64,000 nt of DNA from Orbicella franksi. Its lineage: Eukaryota. Under the pieces are notes generated by a model. It saw only the letters and a program-made list of their open reading frames with translations, had not been told where the DNA came from and made no database searches. Where the stretch lies: assembly GCA_964199315.1 (NCBI GenBank), contig OZ116706.1:16554001-16618000 (forward strand), read 5' to 3'. Positions 26,001 through 34,596 of this stretch are shown here, piece after piece; position 1 is the first letter of the stretch; each line of letters starts with the position of its first letter. The position numbers and the translations under genes were made by a program.

Positions 26001-29000
26001 CGTGTCGTTGAAAGATCTTTACGAAGCGACGTTGTCCGTCATGCCGGTCATTAATGAAGTGGACTGCGCGGTGGATGGAGACCCTGTGTATTTTGAAACC
26101 TTCCTGGCAAGTCACCACCCGCTTCTTAGCACGTCTGACGTGCGGCGCTTCTTGCCGTGTACCGTTCATCTTGATCCATCATTGCGCAGGCAGATGGTGG
26201 AGTGCTTACAGTCAGGAGTGGCTGTGACTGGTAATAAATCAGATACTGGAAGTGTAGGCAAAGGAAACCCTCATCTTCAGGTGAGACGTGTGCTTTGACG
26301 AACTCCTGGTGAAATAAACGTCGATTAATGGCTCATATTAGCACCATGTATCAAATAAGCGTCGCCAACATTCCCTTTTACGTTTAAGTTAAGTTACATT
26401 TAATTTAATTTGGAATCGTAAGGGAAGATTTCCTCAGCTTCCCGGTTTTTACTTTTGGGCACTTCAAATCTTTTCGTGAAATATAAGCACCTGTCTCTAA
26501 TAAGCGTCGTCATTTGAGCCAACAATCTTTATTGGACGTCTCAGACTCTATATTTGCAGTCAAGAGAAATTGCAATAGGATCCTTGTTACGTGTAGGGGA
26601 GTAACTCAACAGTGCTAATTTCTCGATATCGTGAATACATTGCATCTCAGGCAGACGAACGTACAGATGATCATCAACTGCATGTACAGACATGGTCTTG
26701 ATGTAGTTGGTGTAATGAAAGAAGTTACGTTGCAGCTTCAATTTCCAGGGACTGGACGAAACGACACTTATCTTAAAAACCCTTAGGCTAAAGCTTCTTT
26801 CCCTTCTGTCTCCAGGTTGGTTGCTCAGCAAGATCTGACAAGCAAGCAAGCTTACCTATGCTATCAATCGAAGATGTTTGTAAACAGGTTAGTAACTGGC
26901 ACAAATCTAAGAGGAAAAATTCCAAATAATTGCTTTCAAAGTGGTAGAAATTTCCTCATACACCAGTACATCTAGGGGAGTGGAGATACTCCTCTACGCT
27001 TAAAGGAGCTCAGTCATGGTATTTCGAGTTATTTTGGCCATCTACAAAAATTACCTTTCAATTGAAGGAAACTTGAAAAAAGCACCAAAGAGATACTAAT
27101 AAACCACAAGGAAACAAGGATGGTTAAGGGTAGGGAAGATTAACACGAAATTACAAGCGTCTAACCTTAAAAAGTTTGGCTAAACTTTTCAAGATGCAAA
27201 AACTTTCATGTAGCCCCTTTAAATCACGAAAACAGCGTCAAGCTCTGGTGGTGTTGGACACTTAACCTTTGTAGCCTTCCTTGTATAGTTCACGAATACT
27301 TTAGTTTAGTTGATTAGTTTATGTATTACGTTTGGTAGCACGTTCTACTGTAGATTAATCTTTCAACTGAACGCTGTTGAACCAATTGAACCAACGCGTT
27401 TAATTTTATCTGTATCGCTTGCTTCTCAGATTGCGGAGCTGGAAGGCCTGGATCAGAAACAGATATCCACTTATCAGACCGTGATAACAGGAAATAACAT
27501 TAACGGCAAAGTACTGGCAACGTGCGACTTGAACGAACTAGGACACATCATGGGCATGACGTTCGGTGATTGGCAGTTGTTCCGCGCATGGGTACTAGCG
27601 GCCAGAAATCCTGCTCAGGAATGCACGGCTTGGTATGTGACTTTCTGTTAGCGTGTCATTTCTCTTTATGTTTTCGTTTATCAACAAAAAACACGGAGTA
27701 GTTGTGTGTCATCCGAAAATGCTACATAATTTCATGGGTTTACGGGGTAGAAAAGTTCACCAGCAAAATAGCAAAGACGTGAAATCTAGGAACTGATGAA
27801 AACAGAGCTCTGATCGCGTGGAAGTCGTAACTTATGTTACAGCTGATGAGTTTCTTTATTCTCAGCACCTGTCTGCTTGACAGCGTGTTGCTTTTGTAAT
27901 GAGAAATTACTGGATTTTTATCACTTCGGAATATAAAAGAATTCGTGCTAAATTTGCACCATGTGGGATCTGGCTTACTGCACGATTTGCCCTTTAAAAA
28001 TAACTTAGACTTTTCAGTTGACGCAGCTTGTGTTGTGTATATTGTGGTAGACTGCGTTATTTCTTTGTCATTTGCGTCCGCGTAGGGAAAAAGAAGCATC
28101 CCTTCAGCCATTGCGTACTGGACCACTTTTGGGTTATTTGCATGCTCCCAGACTCTTACTCTTACCGGAAACAACCAGGCTTCTGCGCGCGCACCTCTCG
28201 TTTGAGTCCCACTCGTTTGTGGCCTTTGTGTATGTTGTCTTTCTCGTACGTTTCACCTTCATTTGTGTACATTCCAGTCATGTGGTTTATTTGTGGCTAT
28301 TCACACGGGTCTCCCGGTGTATTCATCTGAACTCCTCAATCATTTCTTCCAGTCACTTGAATAGCAGATGCGGTAGTCCAGGAGAGATGAATTGCCAGCT
28401 TCTCAAGACATCTTCAGGTTAGAGCTATGCATGCGTGCTGTCTTAAGCTCTATTTCCAAACACACGGATGGTTAGCGGCCGGTCGGTATTTCTGAAGGCG
28501 TCCGTCTTGCCATGTGTTTGGTTTTGCTCCGATTTGGTTCTCTGTTAAGTTAAAATGGTCTTGGGTTGAAATGAAATGTCGATGATACTAGTTTGATCCC
28601 AGGTTAGGAAAACATGTATCTATGTCGTTTTAGGTGAATCGTTGTGGCATCTTGGCAAGATTTTCCGATTGTCCAATAAGGAATAGCCCTCACTTTCTCA
28701 CGAAATGACGTCAGCATGACGTCATAAGCTTTTAAGACGACGACTTAAGCATTTATGATGACGTCACGTCTGTAAGACTTGACTCCACGTGCAAAATTCA
28801 AAAGTGCTATGTTATATGGCGTCCCAACTTTGTGAAAAGACTCTTAATTTCTGTGTTGAGATGACGTGAATAATGTGTAAAATGACGTCACATCTTTGTA
28901 AGAACAAGTTGGCTTTGCGTCTCTTTAAGAGACTATCTGATTGGACAAAAGACTTCCGAAACGCCTTGAAAGCGCCTCGAAAACTCCTCGGAATTCTGCG

Positions 29001-30548
29001 ACCTAATACTTAAAACGGCATTTTGTTTCAACTTCACCGGATCGGAAAAACTACGAGTGCGGCTGTTAAATCGAAGAACAGAAAAAGCTTTCTCTGTCAG
29101 CACAATAACTGCATGCTTTACTGGCCTTTCGGGGTACTATCAGGCATTGTTTGGTTCTTTTGCTATAATACTATTTGTTTTTCTCGTTTTACTTTTCAGG
29201 CGGGTGGGATCACGTCAATCCGCTGACTGCACCTGGCAGGAGCAGCGCAGATTCAGCGGAACAGGTTCCGCAAGAGTCTCCTTCGTCGAAAGCCCCGGAT
29301 ATAGTGTTACAGCCTCCTTCGGCGCCGGAGAGCGAGGAGGAAGACAATAACGGTGAAACTGTCGACACGGTAGAGACAGAACTCGAAAAAGAGGAGAACG
29401 TAAAGAGAATTGACGAGGCTTTTGACGACGAAGAAGCAGAAGTCGAGGCAACTGATGCGGGTTTGAATCTGATTAAAACTAAGAGAGATAATGTTCTTAT
29501 TTCTCTTGAGGATGACATTAATCTCCCTCCTCAGCCTGAGATCCCGGCAGTGTTTAATGACGATGACGATAACGACGACGAGCTCCCTGCCCCTCCCCCA
29601 TGCGGCGCTGATTTGATCACGTTTAGTGAATCAGAAGATCAGCGCGAACGCTCAGACCTTGAAAACGACATTTTCCCTGTTCAGCCGGCTGAATCGGCTA
29701 CATCATTGAAGAAACCAAATACTTCAACAGCAATGGAGTGCACATGCGAAAGCCTCCAACCTTTACAGACAATTGAACCCGTTCAGGAATGCAAACCTTC
29801 CAAGAATTCGTTGTTTTTCGACACTGAAGACAGTGAAGACGTTGGTCGCCCTGTGCCTATTGTGTTAACGCTGAACAGGAATGGACCTGTCAAGTCTGCT
29901 GTAGCCGTCAAGAGAAGCAACAGCGCTTCCGGAAGTAGCACCAGCAGTTCCGGTTCGCGTGGATCGCCAATTTCGCAGTCAGCTTCCGTTGATTTCGGTC
30001 GCGAGAAATCTAGACCCAGACTCTCTCTGTCAGCCCGACAGTATTCGCTCCCAGAGCCCAGTCATCTGGCGCGACCTCACTCTTCGACGGATATCATCAC
30101 TATCGAACATCCGCCAAAATTTCTTAAAAAGACTCACGAGCGCCCGCGAGTTGACTCGGATAACGAACCCGAGCCTTTTGCACTTCCTTCGGATCGGTTG
30201 ATTCCGGAAACAACGAACGAGGGGAAAGACTTGAAACGATTCAGTCGTGATTCAAACGACTTCCCACCCCCTCCACCGTCCATCGAAGACAACTCAATTG
30301 ATGATCAAGGGGACTCCCCTTGGGTTCCACTTATGACTCGATTTCAGGTTGAGGCCGGCGGTTCGCCCGTCTCTGAAAGTGCTGAGGAGCCGTTGTTACC
30401 ACAGCGCCGTCCCAGGCCAAAAACGTCAGCAGGCGCAAACGAACACAAAGTGCCAAAATTCCGCACTTACACGCCGAAACTGAAACCAACTTACGTGGAA
30501 ACTAAAAATAGTCAGCAAGAGAATCTGAAAAGCGAAACTTGCGTGTGA
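7909..30548 (+). CDS. KIDINS220: Kinase D-interacting substrate of 220 kDa (KIDINS220/ARMS), 18 coding exons, about 1702 aa
   Basis: Exons 7909-8016, 8610-8708, 8852-8950, 9391-9489, 15822-15920, 16239-16337, 17258-17356, 17860-17958, 19532-19630, 21719-21817, 22148-22246, 22519-22696, 23391-23558, 24305-26280, 26816-26887, 27430-27632, 28353-28417, 29200-30548. All introns are GT-AG with compatible phases; total 5109 nt. Diagnostic sequence: [25 protein letters not shown], Walker [12 protein letters not shown], Walker [10 protein letters not shown], four TM helices, SAM ([15 protein letters not shown]...[10 protein letters not shown]), C-terminal ETCV. Confidence 0.96.
8610..8708 (+). CDS. 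KIDINS220: KIDINS220 exon 2, ankyrin repeat ([18 protein letters not shown])
   Basis: 99 nt, phase 0-0, AG/GT flanks. Confidence 0.95.
8852..8950 (+). CDS. KIDINS220: KIDINS220 exon 3, ankyrin repeat ([14 protein letters not shown])
   Basis: 99 nt, phase 0-0. Confidence 0.95.
9391..9489 (+). CDS. KIDINS220: KIDINS220 exon 4, ankyrin repeat ([14 protein letters not shown])
   Basis: 99 nt, phase 0-0. Confidence 0.95.
10045..10482. mobile_element. Non-autonomous DNA transposon with terminal inverted repeats
   Basis: TIRs aggccatcc..tttttt / aaaaaaaggatggcct; internal ccgaccgaccc at about 10084 and 10422; (ggcaatgac)3. Confidence 0.7.
15822..15920 (+). CDS. KIDINS220: KIDINS220 exon 5, ankyrin repeat ([14 protein letters not shown])
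   Basis: 99 nt, phase 0-0. Confidence 0.95.
16239..16337 (+). CDS. KIDINS220: KIDINS220 exon 6, ankyrin repeat ([14 protein letters not shown])
   Basis: 99 nt, phase 0-0. Confidence 0.95.
16728..17000. repeat. Interspersed repeat in KIDINS220 intron 6
   Basis: Recalled resemblance to a coral repeat (attaaggatat...gaaaattctctcaaaattgcacgagcc); boundaries approximate. Confidence 0.4.
17258..17356 (+). CDS. KIDINS220: KIDINS220 exon 7, ankyrin repeat ([14 protein letters not shown])
   Basis: 99 nt, phase 0-0. Confidence 0.95.
17404..17482. mobile_element. Short palindromic element
   Basis: Inverted repeat ggctcgtcacg / cgtgacgagcc with tagac...ggcta ends. Confidence 0.6.
17860..17958 (+). 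CDS. KIDINS220: KIDINS220 exon 8, ankyrin repeat ([14 protein letters not shown])
   Basis: 99 nt, phase 0-0. Confidence 0.95.
18048..18136. mobile_element. Truncated MITE, same family as 34350-34596 and 50961-51211
   Basis: aaaactgaaatcaaaattc...taatcctgg...tttgaacaacc. Confidence 0.6.
18427..18457. promoter_or_regulatory. Two adjacent RFX X-box-like sites
   Basis: gtcgccttggatac (18427-18440) and gttgcttagcaac (18444-18456). Confidence 0.45.
19532..19630 (+). CDS. KIDINS220: KIDINS220 exon 9, ankyrin repeat ([14 protein letters not shown])
   Basis: 99 nt, phase 0-0. Confidence 0.95.
21719..21817 (+). CDS. KIDINS220: KIDINS220 exon 10, ankyrin repeat ([14 protein letters not shown])
   Basis: 99 nt, phase 0-0. 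Confidence 0.95.
22148..22246 (+). CDS. KIDINS220: KIDINS220 exon 11, ankyrin repeat ([14 protein letters not shown])
   Basis: 99 nt, phase 0-0. Confidence 0.95.
22519..22696 (+). CDS. KIDINS220: KIDINS220 exon 12, last ankyrin repeat plus [15 protein letters not shown]
   Basis: 178 nt, phase 0-1; near identity to the vertebrate KIDINS220 motif. Confidence 0.96.
23391..23558 (+). CDS. KIDINS220: KIDINS220 exon 13, start of KAP NTPase with Walker A
   Basis: 168 nt, phase 1-1; [16 protein letters not shown]...[12 protein letters not shown]. Confidence 0.96.
23665..23935. mobile_element. MITE with about 33-bp TIRs and TA ends
   Basis: taatagaggggactggttatgaagcccggcaaa vs reverse complement of tttgtcgggtttcataaccattcccctccatta. 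Confidence 0.8.
24305..26280 (+). CDS. KIDINS220: KIDINS220 exon 14, four TM helices and remainder of KAP NTPase
   Basis: 1976 nt, phase 1-0; corresponds to ORF 24310..26298; Walker [23 protein letters not shown]. Confidence 0.96.
26816..26887 (+). CDS. KIDINS220: KIDINS220 exon 15, start of SAM ([12 protein letters not shown])
   Basis: 72 nt, phase 0-0; acceptor cccttctgtctccag; supplies SAM helix 1. Confidence 0.88.
27000..27222. mobile_element. TTAA-flanked MITE (piggyBac/Kolobok-type)
   Basis: ttaaaggagctcagtca...tagcccctttaa; paralogous to 46621-46861. Confidence 0.75.
27430..27632 (+). CDS. KIDINS220: KIDINS220 exon 16, SAM domain
   Basis: 203 nt, phase 0-2; IAELEGLDQ...[15 protein letters not shown]. 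Confidence 0.93.
28353..28417 (+). CDS. KIDINS220: KIDINS220 exon 17 (linker)
   Basis: 65 nt, phase 2-1; a phase 2-to-1 exon is needed to join exon 16 to the last exon. Confidence 0.72.
28674..28943. promoter_or_regulatory. Cluster of CRE (TGACGTCA) sites flanked by CCAAT boxes
   Basis: Perfect sites at 28706, 28717, 28759, 28883; near-match at 28862. Confidence 0.5.
29200..30548 (+). CDS. KIDINS220: KIDINS220 terminal exon, disordered acidic/Ser/Pro-rich tail ending ETCV*
   Basis: Corresponds to ORF 29175..30548; acceptor tttacttttcag, phase 1. Confidence 0.9.
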
Positions 30549-31511
30549 AATATAGCTTCTACGAACTCCATCAATTCGAGAATCCTCGACGGCCTCGCTT
30601 TGGCAATAGCCTCGTTTTGCTTTCAACGTCATCGTCTTACGACAGGCAAATGAGATGTACGTTAGGCTTTTAGCTGGGATATTTTAGCAGTTAAAACGAT
30701 ATCAGAAACGGGTCCTCCCTGTTAATTTTAGATAGAATGAACATTGAGACATAGCGATATTGTTGTGCGGTTTACGAGTGTTGTGAAAAATTAACGAATC
30801 ACTTTGAAAATGTACCACGTGGTGTAATTGGACGTAGTGACAGAACGTCAATTAACGTATAGCAAACTCAAAATACAATCAGAAACAGCTTTTGTGTACT
30901 CGCGGAACGAGTTGGTTGCTGGTGTGAATTGAAAGCAAGAATTGTGAATGAAATTTTTTAAGTTTACTGGAGAGCGTTGTATGAGCAGGCTTTTTGAGAT
31001 AATCAAGTGCTTTTAAATCTGTTTCTTATTTTATTAATTTTACGTTGGTAAGGAGCTGACAAGAAAGTACTTTTTACCTGTAATCATATAGAGAATTTGT
31101 GTTTTTATTTTTTATTTTTTAAATTCATTATCGTTACTTTGTTGTGAAGTTTGATGGAGCTGTATCAGTCGGTACAACTTGAAATTTTTAGGCCTAACTT
31201 TTTCGGCTAATTTTTTTACTGTCTGTTAACTATAATTCCTTCTTTAGGAAAATATTAGTTTGTGTATTGCCTTAATTTCGAGGTATAAATTTTGCGCAAA
31301 AGGAAGTTTTCTCAATATTACACAGTCAGTGCAATACGGTAGCTCCTTTAAGCTTACTCAACGAGTTATTTCGTTCTGTGGTGGTTAACTTTTGAGGCTT
31401 TGAAGTAAATTAAGAATTCTTAAGCCCAGTTAAGGCAGTCAATCGTCAGTTGTACCAAGACTGTTACCTAACTTATACTGTGTGTAAAACAGCCTAAGTA
31501 ATTGTTGCTAT

Positions 31512-31787
31512 TAGAGCTATTTTCACTTGAGTGTCGAACATAATTGGGTTACATGACTACGCTACATGATTGGTATATAAAGAAACTCGCGCCACTTCTT
31601 CATCCAATCAGAAGTAAAACGACAACCAATCGTGAATCGCTCGCACACGTTTTCCCGCGCTTCCTGACAGCTACAGCTAATTACTTCGAGTTTTAATGAA
31701 TTGGTTCATTGCATTGTCTGCGTCCTTTGTAGCCAAAAGTGATTACCGTGGTTTTGGTTTTGCGACACTCAGTTGGAAACCGCTCAA
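31512..31787. mobile_element. MITE with imperfect TIRs
   Basis: tagagctattttcacttgagtgtcg / cgacactcagttggaaaccgctca; internal ccaatc motifs. Confidence 0.72.
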
Positions 31788-31799
31788 GATGCACGGGAA

Positions 31800-32097
31800 A
31801 ACATTTAACTGGCCAGAGCCGAGCGTAGGCCAGAGCTGGCCAGAGCCTTAACAAGCTAGAGTCAAGCGCGGGAAAACACTTAACAAGCTAGAGCCAAGCG
31901 CGTGTGGGAACACATGAAAACGGTGCCAAGCGCGGGAAAATGTGTGCAAACTATTCACTGGGTTTTCGATGTGATTGGTTGAAAGAACAGCATGTTTGCT
32001 CTGATTGGTTAAGCAGGTTTCACGAACCTTTTGAACCAATCACAGTACTCGGCAAAGTAAAAATTACTTTCGTCTCTCAAGTGAAAACGCTTTTAGC
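31800..32097. mobile_element. Related element fragment with short tandem caagcgcgggaaaa repeats
   Basis: Repeated (taacaagctagag)(t/c)caagcgcg; end caagtgaaaacgctttta resembles the TIR of 31512-31787. Confidence 0.55.
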
Positions 32098-32593
32098 AAG
32101 ACCTAATAGATGCCTAATTTCCTAGGATTTACCTTGTAGTTGAAATTCCACCTGGCAACGTGTTCTAGCAACGAGGCAGGGCACTAGAATTTTGACTGTA
32201 GCAGTCAAATGTGAGGGTAAATACGAGGCCGCAGCTGCAAAGAACTAATTTGAATGTTTCTTTCTCTTTGAACAGTCGTGGCTGTTGCGCCAGGTGTAAT
32301 TACAATCTATTTATTTGCTATCAGATCTTATGAGCTTAAAAGCTCCAGAATGTATCGATAGATATGGTTGAAATATACATTGAACATAATTACGAACGAA
32401 ACTTGTGTGATTTCTCTTGTTTATTTATTTGGGTGCGTTTCTGTGGTAAAATGAAAATCCGCATTCTTGATTGCGCTTATTTTTTAAAACAAGAAAATAG
32501 ATTATGAAGCCACTGAGTCCATTATGCAAGTGGATTCAGGAGATCATACCTAAATCTGGAAATGAATAGTGAATCTGCTTGAAGTAATAACGT

Positions 32594-32951
32594 TAAGGCG
32601 TTAAAAACGCAGCTTCTTTTCCTCGGTTTTGTCTACCGTCCACACTAATCCGTCACGAAAATGACGCTTTTGGAAAACACTCTTCAAACCGGAGAAATTT
32701 GAAAGCAATGGATTGGCGTTTCAGTGTGGACGGAAAACATTTTGAAAACGGAGCTTTTCGAAAACAATGAGGTCACGATAATCACGTGACTTCCGGCCCT
32801 GCCCGAGTTTCCTTCAAACTTAAATCCAAAATGAGCGGTGATTGTTGCGTTTTCAAATTCTTCCGGCGTAGTGTGGACGGAAAACATTCGACGCGTTTTC
32901 AGAGCGAAAATGCCTTTTTCAAAATTCTCCAGCGCTGTGTGGACGCGGTCT
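32594..32951. mobile_element. Non-autonomous element with repeated gtgtggacg(g) motifs (possibly Harbinger-like)
   Basis: ccgtccacac at the left; gtgtggacggaaaacatt twice; gtgtggacg at the right end. Confidence 0.72.
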
Positions 32952-33220
32952 CGGTCTCCTGTTCCTCTGGACTTCTGTTTCCAACTTTAATCACTATATT
33001 CTTTAAGCTATAAGATCTTCTCTTTACTCAGACGTATGCTCTCATAGATAGATGAAATACATGCATCGCATCATACCCCCTAAGTTTCCCTTGTCGTCTC
33101 GATGTCGTCCGACCCCGCCCCGCGCGAGTCGCCGCTCTGGAGTTTCGGTGTTCCATCTCCCTCGGCCACCATTTCTCCGGAGGACCATCTTTTATAAAGA
33201 TTGTTTGAAACAGAGTTTTT

Positions 33221-33387
33221 ATACCTAATCGTACCTTTTTGGTACGCTTCGGTGGCATATCAGGCGAGTGTGGTCGAGCCATGGTTCGTATTTTGGCAAG
33301 ACGTAGTTGAGCCAAAATATCCACGGCGAGTCGACCCAACGTGCCTGATATGCCTCTGAAGCATACCAAAATAGTACGATTAGGTAT
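33221..33387. repeat. Long foldback palindrome
   Basis: 44-nt outer arms with few mismatches plus a partly paired inner stem (gtcga..., tattttggc/gccaaaata). Confidence 0.85.
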
Positions 33388-33837
33388 TTGCTTTACCCAA
33401 ATTCGACCCAGAAGTAAGCATACTGTAGCCATATCAGGTCAGTGACTTGATATCTTAGGATATCAGGTAGTAGACACGGCTTCTGATTGGCTAATTGCGA
33501 ATTTGCACGGCAACAGGCTATAGCATACACTTATTTGACAAAGCAACCTTTCAATATACTGTAAACAAGACGAACGTCATTCTGGAAAGTGAGAAACGGA
33601 AAGAATTCTCCTAGTTCATTTTTTCTCGCTTTAACACTCTATAAGAATAATATTTTCAAGCGAAATCCTAAGGCGTCTTCACCGGTTTTTAGCTATTGAG
33701 TATCGATTTTCAACTCTTTCCTCACATAAGGTTGTCCCTTCCTGGACCTGCAAATCTTGCATTTTTCTACACATTGAATGTACAATACGAAGAAAAAATT
33801 CCTGAGCACTTTCAAGTCCATAGACTAAACCGTAGAA

Positions 33838-33923
33838 CTAGCCTCTTCCGCGCTTTTTTTTGTTTTCTCGCGCGCTGTTTTTCGCGCTGCGTCCCCTTTA
33901 ACTGAACCCCTGGAAGAGGCTAG
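33838..33923. mobile_element. Short palindromic element
   Basis: TIR ctagcctcttcc / ggaagaggctag. Confidence 0.75.
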
Positions 33924-34349
33924 AATTGAACGGAACGTTATATTTAACCGATGTCTTATCATTATAGATTTCAACGTGATTACTAAGTCATTGTGATATC
34001 AAAGCTACTCAAGCGAACGAAAACGCGGCTATTTTCTAGGCCAACGAGGTGACAGGAAAACGCACAATATCCGAGTAAATGTGTGTTAAACTGTTGCAGT
34101 CGTCTCTAGACTTTGATTATTAATATTAATTACTTTCAGTTCCTGTTATAAAATAGGATGAACCAACGCTATGGGTGGCTACAAAAGACTATGATACCTG
34201 ATAATTGAACGACCCACCCCTCAGTTGCTAAGGGCTCAAAACTGATGATTTACCTCCTCTTTGCTACGGCGCCTCCACCCCACCCCCCCCCCCCCCCCAC
34301 CCCCTCACCTTTTTGACCAGTTCCTAATCAATATTCTACAGCTTGAAAT

Positions 34350-34596
34350 CCTGGTCCGGGTTGTTCAAAGCCTGATCAATTAGTTAACCCAGGAGGAGCG
34401 AGAATTTAGATTTGAGTTTTTTTAGCTTTGCGGTGAGGTTTTCTGTTTATATTGTTTGGCCTCCTGAGTTAATTGAATAATCTCAAACTACACAAAACGT
34501 AGGCAGTGAAAGCATTTTTATACAAGAAAAATTAATACTTCGGTTAACTTTTAATCCAGGATTAGCGTTAAACGGCTTTCGAACAACGCGCCCCTG
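34350..34596. mobile_element. MITE (gttgttc(g)aaag TIR family)
   Basis: ggttgttcaaagc...gctttcgaacaac; inverted paralogue of 50961-51211. Confidence 0.75.

Noticed and set aside
24918-26054. Several antisense and off-frame ORFs over KIDINS220 exon 14 (likewise 29210-30201 and those over LARP1 exons)
   Set aside because: Shadows of GC-richer coding sequence
33028-33432. 134-aa - strand ORF
   Set aside because: Lies over the foldback palindrome and a GC-rich repeat; no domain
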